A stretch of 64,000 nucleotides of DNA from the NCBI GenBank assembly GCA_951406725.2, contig OX597832.1, positions 50,158,001 through 50,222,000 on the forward strand, in the 5' to 3' direction. This document shows, one piece after another, positions 41,731 through 53,506 of this stretch; the stretch's first letter is position 1; each line of letters begins with the position of its first letter. The stretch is from Octopus vulgaris. Its lineage: Eukaryota. A program made the translations under genes and the position numbers. The notes under the pieces are model-generated. The model saw only the letters and a program-made list of their open reading frames with translations, was not told where the DNA came from and did not search any database.

Positions 41731-42227
41731 TAACAATTTAACAAATAAAACATATGAATACATACATACATATATGTACATACCTACATCTATATGTATA
41801 TACACATGCATATATGAGTACAGGACACCACAAATAAACGTAGAAACGAAAACCTAAAAACAAACAAGGAAACAGACTTTTTTTTAACAACGAAAAAACA
41901 GGGTACAAGACAAACAATACAAGGAATATTCCCCTTCATCAGCTGCCCCTGTTTCAACTCAATGCGTGTTTCGAAGGTAAGGGCAGAACACGATCCGGCC
42001 GAAGCAGTCCTTCCTGCAAAATGAATTAAATAAAATTCTTTTGCAGAGGGATAAATAAAAGGAAAGAAAAAAAGTGACAAGAACAGGACGTAAAAGCAAT
42101 ACAAATAAAAATACAGTACATATATATATATAAATATATATATATATATCAGAGAGAGAGAGAGAATGTGATTCTTAGTTAAAGCTTTTATATAGATTCA
42201 ATGTTTATAGAATGTAATTCTTAGTTA

Positions 42228-42492
42228 TTCACAATTGCAAGATTGTGGTTTTGATTCCTAGATTGGATGGTGTGTTGTGTTCTTGAGCGAAACACTTCAT
42301 CTCACTCACGTTGCTGTGCAATCTCTTCGACGCCCATTGTGTGGCACACAGTGCACCTGTTAAGGTAACGTCGATTTGATGGAAGGTGTGAGCTAATGTA
42401 TGGCACATACATTTGATCACTGTAAACAAATCATTTGTGCAGGTCATACAGCAAAAACTGAACACATATGTCTCCTTTGACGGGAGATACCG
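42228..42492 (+). mobile_element. D-type SINE, same subtype as 35962-36262
   Basis: Shared GTGAGCTAATGTA...GATCACT...AAACAAATCATTTGTGCAG. Confidence 0.75.
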
Positions 42493-42611
42493 TCACATAT
42501 ATATATATATATGTCCAACCCACACCTGCATGGAAAGGAGATGTTAAATGATGATGATGCAGTGACCATCTAACTGAGACACACTTTATATATATATATA
42601 TATATATATAT

Positions 42612-42935
42612 GAAGACCCTCCTTTTGTCATGAATGACCATAGCATTGCACCTAGAATATCCCCCCCACCCAAGGCACAAATCTAGGCAAGGTTGTTTAT
42701 GGAAGACCAGCAGTCACCCATGCCTACCCGCCTCCCGTCTCCATGCCACCAATGTTATTCAAGGGAAAGGCAAAGGCCAATGCAGCTTGGCACCAGTGAC
42801 ATCGCAACTCATTTCTACAGTTGAGTGAAATGAAGTGTCTTGCTCAAGAACACTACACAGACCATTCTGGGAATCAAAGTCACTACCTCATGATTGTGAG
42901 TCTGACGCTCTAACTTCTAAGCCATGTGCCTTCAC
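42612..42935 (-). mobile_element. D-type SINE with RTE-like 3' tail
   Basis: Minus strand tRNA-like head, TTCTTGAGCAAGACAC, then CTGGTGCCAAGCTG...GGTGCAATGCTATGGTCATTCATGAC. Confidence 0.65.
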
Positions 42936-43021
42936 TGTTCATATCTACATCTAACCCATGCCAGTATGGAACACAGATGTTAAATGTTGATGATGATGTG
43001 TATATATATATATATATATAT

Positions 43022-43352
43022 GAGTGGCTCTGTGGTAAGTAGCTTGTTTACCAACCACATGGTTCCGGGTTCAGTTCCACTGCGTGGCACCTTGGGCAAG
43101 TGTCGTATATATGTATGTATATATATATATGCGTGTGTGTGTTTGTGTGTCTGTGTTTGTCCCCCTAGCATTGCTTGACAACCGATGCTGGTGTGTTTAT
43201 GTCCTCGTTACTTAGCGGTTCGGCAAAAGAGACCGATAGAATAAGTACTGGGCTTACAAAAGAATAAGTCCCGGGGTCGATTTGCTCGATTAAAGGCGGT
43301 GCTCCAGCATCGCTGCTGTCAAATGACTGAAACAAGTAAAAGAGTAAAGAGT
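43022..43352 (+). mobile_element. SINE family A with ~70-bp internal deletion
   Basis: GGCAAGTGTC joins directly to GTATATAT. Confidence 0.9.
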
Positions 43353-43657
43353 ATATGTACGTATATATGTATATATATATATATATATATATACTACATG
43401 GTGTATTAAAGTATTGATTGGGTATCATCTGATAGTTGATGTTTTATTGATTTAAGTATGTTTCTCCATTTTCTAATTTTGTAGTATTAATTTATGGTAA
43501 TATTATTACCTTTACCCATATAATACAATAGATGAACTGATTGTTTGGCAATTTTTAACATCTATGTATTAGTCTTGTTGGGTACCTATCTAGCAGTATA
43601 TTGGATATATGTTATCCCATGGTGGGTTGAATTTTCAACCCCTATCTCATTTTATAA

Positions 43658-43691
<34 letters not shown>

Positions 43692-44276
43692 CTCTAATTT
43701 AATCCAACTTCGTATATATATATACATACACAAACACACACACACACACAGACAATCATATAAACACATTTACATGTGTGTGTGTATCTATGTGTGTGTG
43801 TGTGTGTGTGTGTATCTGTGTGTGAATGTGTATAAACATCATGGAATTTTACTTACAGTTCGTGTTGCAGTTTTTCAAGTTCATTTGTTTAGTTTCTTCG
43901 TTGGTACCAAAAATGTTCTTATCACTAACGTTGTTATGTCTCTGTCATGTATATTTATATTTTCACAATATTACCTGAAGACATAGTGTTTTTGTTACAT
44001 AATAAATTCTGAAATCTAATGTAAACTAAGTTTCATTATTTTTTTTTGCCTCTTTTTTATTGTTGTATACTAAGAGTGCAGTTTCCATGGAAACTGCTAC
44101 AAATTTACAGTAAGTGAAATCTCCGTTGGTTTTCACAATGAACATTCAAACTGCTTGATCAAGTGAACCACCTTCTAACTCATTGAGTTTTAATTATTCT
44201 TCAAGTGGCTGAGTATTCCACAGACGTGCTTATCCTTAATGTAAATCTTCCAGCAGATTTGTGGCTCAATGTTTAA

Positions 44277-44496
44277 CCCTTTCGTTACCGCATTTATTTT
44301 GAGATGCTCTGTGTTTCTCTCAATTATTTTAGATATCGCAAAGAATTTAGCAAAATAACTTGGTTATCATTCAGCTAGTGTTAGGAACATAAATTGTGAC
44401 TAAGGTTTGGTGGAAGACTTTAATTCAAAATTTATGAAAACAAGACATTTGTACTCAGAGCCAGAGCTGGTTTCAGCCGGGTTGGTATCGAAAGGG
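44277..44496. mobile_element. piggyBac-type MITE (subfamily 1), 220 bp, inserted in an older SINE
   Basis: TTAA|CCCTTTCGTTACC ... GGTATCGAAAGGG|TTAA; flanks rejoin to resemble 62686-62785. Confidence 0.9.
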
Positions 44497-44616
44497 TTAA
44501 TGAAGCTCAACCCTTTGAATTATAGGCATGGCCTATCAAACAAGTTTCCACACATGTGAATGTTTGTATGTGTGGTTATTATGTACCTTATTTTGTACCT
44601 CATCTTGTTTGTTGTT

Positions 44617-44662
44617 AATACAACGTTTCAGCTGGTATACCCTCCAGCCTTCATCAGGTGTC
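44617..44662 (-). ncRNA. Minimal type-I hammerhead motif (Penelope-type)
   Basis: Minus strand GACAC-CTGATGA-A-GGCTGG agggtata CCAGCT-GAAA-CG-TT-GTATT; palindromic AACGTT at stem III. Confidence 0.7.
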
Positions 44663-44741
44663 TTGGGGAAATTTCTAACTTGGGTTCTCATTCCTAAGGT
44701 ACTTTTCAATGTTATTGTTGTTATTAACTCTACTGGACACA

Positions 44742-45218
44742 AAACTCTACTTGTGAAGACCTGTTGAGGCAAGTGAAAATCCAAATCAAAATCGATCAAC
44801 ATAAATGGAAATATTAGCTGTGATACCAGTGCCGGTGGCACGTAAGCGAACCATCCGAACGTGGCCATTGCCAGCACCGCCCCGACTGGCCTCGTGCCGG
44901 TGGCACATAAAAAGCACCGTCCGATCGAGGCCGCTGCCAGCCTCGCCTGGCCCCCGTGCCAGTGGCATGTAAAAAGTACCATCCGATTGTGGCCGTTTGC
45001 CAGCCTTGTCTGGCACCTGTGCCGGTGGCACGTAAAAAGAACCCACTACACTCACAGAGTGGTTGGCGTTAGGAAGGGCATCCAGCCGTAGAAGCATTGC
45101 CAGATCAGACTGGGCCTGGTGCAGCCTTCTGGCTTCCCAGACCCCAGCTGGACTGTCCAACCCATGCTAGCATGGAAAGCGGACGCTAAACGATGATGAT
45201 GATGATGATGATGATGAT
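44742..45218 (+). mobile_element. SINE family B, longest copy here, diverged ~63-bp units and (GAT)n tail
   Basis: GTGCCGGTGGCACGTAAAAAG units, then GTTGGCGTTAGGAAGGGCATCCAG...AAACGATGATGAT. Confidence 0.88.
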
Positions 45219-45224
45219 TATTGT

Positions 45225-45299
45225 TCAGGTCACTGCTTGGAATTGAATTCGGAATCTTGGGGTTAGAAGCCCGCGCTCTTAACCACTACGCCATATGCC
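45225..45299 (-). mobile_element. tRNA-derived SINE head fragment
   Basis: GGCATATGGCGTAGTGGTTAAGAGCGCGGGC...GAATTCAATTCC; no acceptor stem. Confidence 0.6.
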
Positions 45300-46671
45300 T
45301 CCTCTCTCCCTCCCTTCCCTCCCCTCTCCTTCCCTCTCCGCTCCCTCCTATAAATGAAAATGGTAGAAGGATATTGTATAAAATATGGTGTACCATGAAG
45401 TGTGGTGCTGTAAAGTTGTGAAACCCATGCTGAGAACATAAGAGGATCTGCAGTGAACAGAGAGGAATGAGCTAGTGATGGCCCCATGGATATGTGTGCT
45501 TAGTATTTATTGGCTAATGAGAGAGCCAAACCAATAATGAGGTCTTCATGATGCTTCTCAACCAATAGAAATATCAGCCAAGTTTCCTCAAATTAATGAC
45601 CCTGCTGTTGATTTTTGGCCAACAACATTATTTGGATCCTAACATACAAATATACAGGATGGTCCTACTTGGAGTACTTTTGATGATAAGGTCTGCATGT
45701 TCAAAGCCGACCTTCAGTTATACACTGACAACCAAGAAAGAAAGGCTGACATCAAATTAGTTGAGAACTGAGCATCTTGCTCAAGGGCAGAATACATCAC
45801 CAGGAATTGAACTCACAATGTAATGATCAGGAGTTGAATGTCCTAACCACTAAGCCAAATGGGCTTTCATACACTTTCTGCATCCAAAGTTCACTCATAA
45901 GGTATTGCTTGATCCTGGGGCTGTAGTTAAAAGACACTGTGTCCAAGGTGCTTTGCAGTGGGACTGAACTGGGGACCTCATAGTTTAAGAAGCAAAACGA
46001 ACTTCTAACCACACAGCCACGCTTGCAGCCCGTGCAGAAGGTAGAGGTGGCTTCTTTATGTGTGTGTCTGCGGAGGTAATCCTTGGATAAGGTAATAGAT
46101 TAATCCAGAAATCATTGTGCATTATAGCTGGGACCAATCCCAGCGGATTCTTACACATGCTCTGTTGCTAAGCCGTGACAGTATAGCAGAGAGAGTGTAT
46201 GCGCTCGTGTGTATGTGTGTGTATGTATGTGTGTGTGCGTGTGTGTGTGTGTTTGTGTGAATATCTGTGTGTGGGATAGAGAAAATGAGTGAGCATGCTT
46301 TCTGGAAAGTAACAGGTTATTCAAATCATTGCATATCTAAGTGGAAATTTCTTCTGCATATTTTTTTTGTTGTTTTTTTGTCCCTCGTTTAGTTTTCTTT
46401 TCATTTCGTTTACCTATGTTTTTTTATTTCTGTTGTTCATTTGATATTTTATGGGAAATTTTTTTTCCTTCTTTTCTTTTTTCTTTTTTTTTGTGTTTTT
46501 GGTGTTTTTGGCGTTTTATTTCCTTCTCGTCCGTCCTTGAAAAATCATCATTTCTCTTACTTCTCTTACTTCTCTTACTTCTTTTACATCTTTTACTTAT
46601 TTGTGCTTCATTCTCTCGGCAAATACAATATATGTAAAAATCACTCTTACAATAATAGATAGTCAATACAA

Positions 46672-47062
46672 ATGATGATGATGGTAGTGGTGGTGATAAA
46701 GAAGATGATGATGATGGTGGTGGCAGTGGTGATTATAACAAAGCAAATGACGGTTGTGGTGGTGGTGGTGGTGTTGGTTATAACAAAGCAGGTGGTGGTG
46801 ATGGTGGTGGTGCTGGTGGTGGTTATAACAAAGCAGGTGGTGGTGGTGGTTATAACAAAGTAGGTGGTGGTGGTGGTGGTGGTGGTAGTGGTTATAACAA
46901 AGCAGGTGGTGGTGGTGGTTATAACAAAGTAGGTGGTGGTGATGGTGGTGGTGCTGGTGGTGGTGGTGGTGGTGGTTATAACAAAGCAGATGATGGTAAT
47001 GCTGTTGGTTACGATGATGATGACGAGGATGAGGATGATGAGGATAATAGTGATGATGATGC
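46672..47062. repeat. Minisatellite: seven TTATAACAAAG anchors separated by variable (GGT)n
   Basis: Anchors near 46733, 46779, 46823, 46850, 46892, 46919 and 46976. Confidence 0.9.
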
Positions 47063-47379
47063 TGAAGTATGTTTGGTTATTCGCCTTTTGTTTTATTTGC
47101 GTGTGCATTCTTTTTTCTCTCCGTGTGTGCGGAGAGGAAGCTTGGCTAAAGCCTTTCTCTCTTTTTTTATGTCCGGCGGTAAAAATAATTAAGTGAACGC
47201 ATTGCATTGCAACAAGTTGTTTACAGTTCACTTGACGCCTTGCAATCAGTTCTGCTTTTTTTTTTTTTCTTTTCCTTTTTTTTTTTTTTTTTTTTTCAAT
47301 TATTATTTTTCTGCTTTTTATTTCTTTTTTTTTTTTTTGAATTTTTGCGATGATAATGGTTAGTTGTTGTGTTTGTGTT

Positions 47380-47960
47380 TATGGGGTGGAAGTAGTGGTG
47401 GTGGTGGTGGGCGTTGCTGTTGTTGGTCATAGGAAATGGTTGTTGGTAGTGATAGTTGTGGTGCAACCACTGCTGTTGTTGTTGTTGTTTGTGGTATTGC
47501 TGTTGTTGATGATGATGGTAGTGGTGGCGGTGGCGATAGGAGGTGTTGCTGTTGTTGTTGAAGATGATGATGGTGATAGTGACAATAGCAAGTGTTGCTG
47601 TTGTTGTTGTTGTTGTTGTTGGTGTTGGTGGTGGCGGTGGCAATAGGAAGTGTTGTTGTTGTCAGTGGTGGTGCTGCTGTTGTTGTTGATGATGATGGTG
47701 GTGGTGGTGGCGATAGGAGGTGTTGCTGTTTTTAATGGTAGTGGTGGTGGTGGTGACAATAGCAAGTGTTGCTGTTGTTGATGGTGGTGGTGGTGGCAGT
47801 AGGAAGTGTTTTTGTTGTCAGTGGTGGTGATGCTATTATTGATGATGATGATGATGGTGGTGACTGTTGTTGGAGGTGGTGTTGGTAGTAGTGGTAGCAG
47901 TGTTGGTGTTGATGGTAATAGGAAGTGTTGCTGCTGCTGTTGTTGTTGTTGGCTGTGATG
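47380..47960. repeat. (GTT)/(GGT)/(GAT) region with ~175-bp higher-order duplication
   Basis: GCGATAGGAGGTGTTGCTG at ~47533 and ~47710; GACAATAGCAAGTG at 47581 and 47755. Confidence 0.8.
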
Positions 47961-48339
47961 GTGATACGAAGTGTCATTAGCTGTGGTGGTGTTGGTGGTG
48001 TTTATGTTATGGCGGCAGAGGTAGTAATAGAAAATGTTGTTGTCGGAGATAATTTTATTGTTGTTTGCCTCTCATTGATGACAAAAGTCTTATTTTCTTG
48101 TTCTTATTTTCCGTCATTGCTGTTTGGCATTTGTGTCAATGTTTCTTTATATTTCTTTCTTTATCGACTTGTTGTTGTTCTTTTGTTGCCAATGTTGTTG
48201 TTGTTATTGTTGTTGTTGATGCCATTTTGGTTGTTTTGCCACTTGACAGAATTCCACTTCTCTTCCGATGCAGATCTCCATCTATTTATATATTTCATCA
48301 TCATTTCTTTAATTTTGTTTCATTATATATTTTTTTAAG

Positions 48340-48735
48340 GCTTTTTCTTCTTTTTCTTCTTCTTTTTCTCCCCTCCTCCTCCTTTCCCTCCATCTCTCCC
48401 CCACCCCCATTCACTTCTCCCCTTACCTGTCCTCCTCTCTCTCCCTCCCTCCCTCCCATTCTTTCCCTCATCCTTCTCCATCCTCTCCTTCCATCCTCCT
48501 CCCTATTCCCCTTCACACCCTCATCTCCCTCCCTCCAATTCTTTCCCTCATCCTTCATTCTCCTCCCTTCCATCCTCCTCCTCGTCCCCCTCTCCTACCC
48601 TCATCTCCCCTCCATCCTCCTCTGCCCCTTCCTCTTCAGCCACTCTACCTCCTCATCCTTCACCTGTCCTCCTACTCCTACCCTTCTCCTCCTCCTCCTA
48701 CATTTTACCCCCCTCAGATTCTACACCCCCTTCCC
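48340..48735. repeat. Pyrimidine-rich low-complexity tract
   Basis: Direct inspection. Confidence 0.9.
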
Positions 48736-48914
48736 CACCACCACCACCACCACCACCATCATTGTGGCATTCTTCACAGGTGCTTTTTCTTCTTTTTTTT
48801 GATGCTTGGCAAAGGTTAATGACATTGTTAAGGTGGTTTTCTACAGCTGGATCCCCTTCATGATGCTAAGCTCTTACATTTTCCTTACATGTGGCATAAA
48901 TATTGGTCAGTAAT

Positions 48915-49092
48915 TTCAAAGGAGGGGGTAAGTCAGTTACATCGATAAAAAAGCCCCCATCTCCCCCAGTGCTCAACTGGTACTTATTTTATCAACCATG
49001 AAAGGTTGAAAGGCAGACTCGACTCCTGGCGGAATTTGAACTCTGAATGCAAAGATGGACGAAATGCCACCGAGCATTTTGCCTGGCATGCC
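48915..49092 (-). mobile_element. SINE family C, diverged
   Basis: CAACTGGTACTTATTTTATC...GAAAGG...GGAATTTGAACTC. Confidence 0.7.
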
Positions 49093-50497
49093 TCGTGGAC
49101 CTTTAGGTGTTTTCACTCAATAAACACTCACAACGCCTGGTCTGGGAATCGAAACCGCTGTCCTGCAACCGCGAGTCTGCTGCCCTAACCACTGGGCCAT
49201 TGTGCCTCCACGCACACACTACATGTATTTCTTATATGTGTTTGTGTATATATTTCGTTTATTAAATTTTGGAGAAAAATAAAACGCAGTTGACCTTATC
49301 AAGATTTGAACCCATATACAGTGCAACAGGATTAAATGCCATCAGGCATTTAATAAGTCCTGGTGCTTTTTGTTTATACTTAAACACAAACTGAAGAATT
49401 GTAAAATAGCGTGAATAACAAGAAGGTTAAGCTAAGTACAAACTTGTTGGCACATTCATGAGAATTACTATTGGCTAGTGAGATATTGAAAACAAGATAG
49501 GTTTTAATATATTATATAGTTACGTGGTATTCAATACTGTCCTAGCATAGACAGCTACAACTAATGATTATGATAGTACTTTGAAAAGAAAATGTACCTA
49601 TGTTATTTTATTTATAAATGTTCAAGTTTGCCGTGTATGGTGTGTATATGTGAGAGAATGACACTGTGTGAATGTTTTATATATTTGTATGTACGTATAT
49701 TTGTATGTACGTATATTTGTATGTACGTATATATTTGTATGTATGTACATATTTGTTTCAATGAACTGGAGAAATGGGACTCAATACTGTAAAAGATATA
49801 TTGGTTATTTGTATATTTAGAAATGAATGTATATGCAATATGTATGCATAGGTCTGTGCATACATGTGTTTATATATGTGTATATATATGTGTGTGTCTG
49901 TAGAGTTACATAAGTTAGGAGCATTGCACTTAATAAAGCTTGTAAGGGCAATATACATATCATGGACCAAAATCTGAGGAAACTACAGGTGATCTGTGTA
50001 GGCCAAAAAAAAATCATCGAATAAAATTTCCCAAACATCAATAAATTTGACTTTTGTAGATGTATGTGATTTTTCAATAGTTTAGACAGGAAACTTCATT
50101 GGCAGAAACACACACACACATACACGAGTATGTTTATATGAAATTTTATAAAATTGGATGCCTTATCAGATATTTAGCTTGTTTATCTTGGTTCAGTTTT
50201 TATCATTTTCTTTCCATTTTTGTTTGTTATTTTGTACTATTTTTATCTCTTGTTATTCTGTATTTCAGTCCAGAATAAACACAGAGTCAGTGAGTGTGTG
50301 TGTGTGTGTGTGTGTGTGTACACATACACTCACATGCATTTATTTATTGGAAACTAAACTTGACTAACCATTCCTCTGAGTTACATATTACCTATCTTTG
50401 AACAGAGTAAATAAAACTCTATATCTCACATCAAGTTTTTCTATATTCCTTGTTTTTGCAATATTCGGAGTGGGGGTGTGGGGCAGAATGTATGTAA

Positions 50498-50533
<36 letters not shown>

Positions 50534-50832
50534 ATGTGCAGGTATGACTGTGTGATAAGAAATTTGCTTCCCAACCTCATAGTTTCGAGTCGAGTTCCAC
50601 TGCCTGGCATTTTGGGCGAGTGTCTTCTGCAATAGACCCAGGCCAACAAGAGCTTCATGAGTGGATTTGGGGGATGGAAACTAAAAGAAGCCTGACACAT
50701 ATACATATATATATATGTATAATAATAATATTAGGGAAGTAAATCCAAACTTACAGGGAAAAATTAGATTTAGAATTAAATCTAATTTTACAGTATAAAT
50801 ATATAAATTTAATATATATATATATATATATA

Positions 50833-51022
50833 TCATCATCATCATCATCATCGTTTAGCGTCCGTTTTCCATGCTAGCATGGGTTGGACGGTTCTACTGG
50901 GGTCTGTGAAGCCAGAAAGCTTCATCAGGCCCAGTCAAATCTGGCAGTGTTTCTACGGCTGGATGCCCTTCCTAACGCCAACCACTCCGTGAGTGTAGTG
51001 GGTGCTTTTTACGTGCCACCCG
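50833..51022 (-). mobile_element. SINE family B
   Basis: (CAT)n CGTTTAGCGTCCG...GTGTAGTGGGTGCTTTTTACGTGCCAC. Confidence 0.88.
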
Positions 51023-51095
51023 CATGTAAATTTAATATATATTTATATGTATATATATATATGTGGGTGTGTATGATTGTGTATAGAAGAATATA

Positions 51096-51434
51096 TTACT
51101 CAAAGAAATTCCAACTTTGTCTGATTTTCATGTTTTATTTACAATCTTATAATGTCATATTATGAAATGATAGAATATTAAATGTCCATTCTGATTGAAC
51201 TAGTACTTTCAGGTATTAAACTATGCAATCTTCAGGTTCATGTATTAATGGTGACAGTTATGTTTTACAGTTTACAGCTGTGGTGAGATGGCTAAACTGT
51301 GTGCCTTATGGCATACAGTTTAATGCATGAAAATAGTTAAATTAGAATGGACATTTAAAATTCTATCATTTAATTATATTATTATAAGACTGTAACTAAA
51401 ACATGAAAATCAGAGTTGGAATTTCTTTGAGTAA
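51096..51434. repeat. Inverted repeat (~125-bp arms) carrying a hammerhead motif
   Basis: 51096-51227 pairs imperfectly with 51311-51434. Confidence 0.85.
51196..51240 (-). ncRNA. Minimal type-I hammerhead motif
   Basis: Minus strand TGAAC-CTGAAGA-TTGCAT agttta ATACCT-GAAA-GTAC-TA-GTTCA; perfect stem I, palindromic AGTACT, eroded stem II. Confidence 0.65.
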
Positions 51435-51557
51435 AAGATACAATATATTATGTATAATGTCTTTGCTGTTATGTAATGGTGTAATAAAGTATTGATTGGG
51501 TATTATCTGATGGTTGATGATTGATTGATTTAAGTATGTTTCTCCATTTTCTCATTT

Positions 51558-51596
<39 letters not shown>

Positions 51597-51607
<11 letters not shown>

Positions 51608-52060
51608 TGGCATCCTTTTGTCTCAGGAGACAACGGAGTTGCAAATAAACTAATCCAATCTGATTTTTATGATTTAGTTAGTTAGTTAACTTTTGGGCTC
51701 AAAAGCAAAAAGCAAGGCCATGTAGGGGGATATGGAGTTAAGTACAGGGTGGTGTTCTTCGTGTCCTCTCCAGTTTTGCGCAGGCCTGGGCTAGATATAA
51801 GAAAATCCTGGGTAGCCCAATCGTCAGGATTCCTCTCTCAACCTTGTTGACATAATCCAAAGGAGTACAGAGCATTACGTTTGGCACCAGCTTGGTTGCA
51901 GGAGCTACCGGAAAAGTGTCGAGTCGAACACTAAACCACCTACGGGGCTCCACTACGGATTTCTTTGGAGGTTGTCTCCTTTCCGTAACCCTAGATACTG
52001 GGACTCATGTCAGGTAGGGTCGTCACTCCCTGAAGTAGTGAAGAAAAGCTACCCACTACC
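51597..52060 (-). mobile_element. Non-autonomous RTE-like derivative with (CAA)n tail, interrupted by a (CTAA)n-tailed fragment
   Basis: Minus strand GCAACCAAGCTGGTGCCAAA... and TTGTCTCCTGAGACAAAAGGATGCCCAACAACAAC resemble recalled RTE untranslated ends. Confidence 0.55.
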
Positions 52061-52264
52061 TATATAAACAATATAATATATTATCCACGGTAACTGCTGT
52101 GAGTTTGCCTTTAGAAGTAAAAATATGTCACAAACATATTGTACCTAATCTAAAGTTCATTTATTCCTAATCCCTGCTTGGTATTGATGCTGCTGTATAT
52201 ATGTTTATTATTCTTAGACAAGAATATTATTGACAATGACTTAGTTTCAACCTGCTGAACCATT

Positions 52265-52301
52265 TTCACCTGATGATGGCTTAACTAGTTGAAACTTTGA
52301 A
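52265..52301 (+). ncRNA. Degenerate hammerhead motif
   Basis: TTCAC-CTGATGA-T-GGC ttaacta GTT-GAAA-CTT-TGAA. Confidence 0.4.
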
Positions 52302-52364
52302 TTCACTGTCAATAATATTTTTGTGTAAGAAGAATAAATTTTTATTAATGTAAAATTGCTTTTG

Positions 52365-53015
52365 GAATTGTTAGCATGCTGGACAAAATGTTTTCCGGCA
52401 TTTCGTTCATTTTTACTTTCTGAGTTCAAATTCCACCAAGGTTGACTTTGCCTTTCGTCCATTCAGGGTCGAAATAAGTATTAGTTAAGCACTGGCATCA
52501 ATATAATCAACTAGCCCACTCACCCAGAATTTCTGGCCTTGTGCCTATTGTAGAAAGGATTATTACTGAACATAAGGTGGCAAGCTGGCAAATTCGTTAG
52601 CAAGACAGGAGAAATACTTAAGCGGCATTTCATCTGCCTTTACGTTCTGAGTTCAAATTTTGTTGTGGTCATCTTTGCCTTTCATCCTTTCAGGGTCAAT
52701 AAAATAAGTACCAGTTGAGCACTGGGGTTGATGTAATCTACTTAACCCCATTAAGGCACACAGTGTTTGGTATGTGTAGCTGAAAAGACCAAATTTTTAT
52801 TTTCTATTGAGATACCATCTCCTGAAAGACAATCTCTGATTAGCTATTACACTTCAAAACCAACCATTCACAGCATTTATTCCATCAGGCCAATGATTCG
52901 GCCTCAAAGTCCTTTCAGCTTGTATCACTTGGACTGATTTAATCAGCCTGGGTGTCCCGAGAGGGTTAACACCACCTCGAAATTACTGGTCTTGTACCAA
53001 TAGAATTTGAAACTC
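52365..53015 (+). mobile_element. Two family C SINEs; the second is split by a TTAA-flanked insert
   Basis: C motifs at 52365-52560 and 52572-52745, resuming at 52970. Confidence 0.75.
52746..52965. mobile_element. piggyBac-type MITE (subfamily 3), 220 bp, degenerate TIR
   Basis: TTAA|CCCCATTAAGGCACAC ... GTGTCCCGAGAGGG|TTAA. Confidence 0.65.
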
Positions 53016-53129
53016 TTATAATTGAACATCAAAACAGCCGTGTGTGTGTGTGTGTGTGTGTGCATGCATGCGTGATGATTGCTCGTTAGTCAGAAGAGTA
53101 TCATCTCTTCATTGAGCTGTGCAAAATCA

Positions 53130-53450
53130 AGTGCACACAAGTGGCTTTTCATCTCAGCTTCCATTCTGCAAACACTTTCACTGATGTACCTCTTGAACTG
53201 TCTGTCTCCTGGCTTCACCGACCTTGTGAGTTGTGACCTTGTGCATTGTACCATGATGCCCGGTCAGGCTGCTGACTGACTTACAGATTAAACCACACTC
53301 ATTGCAAATGTGGCATGAAGGACATGGTGGAAGAACCATCTCACCACTTGCTTGATTTCTCCCTGATACATGTGCCTTTAGGTGTTTGGCTATATAACTA
53401 CAGACTTATTCGAGTTCCTATCTCATAAAGTGTTAGTCAACAACTCCTGC
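53130..53450 (-). pseudogene. Decayed C2H2 zinc-finger coding relic, probably an RTE-type LINE C-terminus
   Basis: 53315-53241 encodes CHICNECGLICKSVSSLTGHHGTMH; broken flanking fingers VCSYIAKHLKAH and SVCRMEAEMKSHLCA; stops and frameshifts. Confidence 0.65.
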
Positions 53451-53506
53451 TGTGTGTGTGTGTGTGTGTGTGTATACAATAACGAAGGTGACTACACAAA
53501 ATAAAA

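Noticed and set aside
41915-41990. Minus-strand CTGATGA with upstream GAAA (type II hammerhead?)
   Set aside because: Convincing stems I and III could not be built.
43970-44025. CTGAAGA...GAAA hammerhead candidate (similar weak cases at ~8697 and ~58722)
   Set aside because: Stem II or the cleavage triplet is missing; not distinguishable from chance.
45225-45299. tRNA gene
   Set aside because: Only box A/B-like parts; no acceptor stem. Treated as a SINE head, as are the other tRNA-like heads.
46730-46990. Repeat-spacer pattern resembling CRISPR
   Set aside because: Anchors are only 11 bp and the spacers are (GGT)n.
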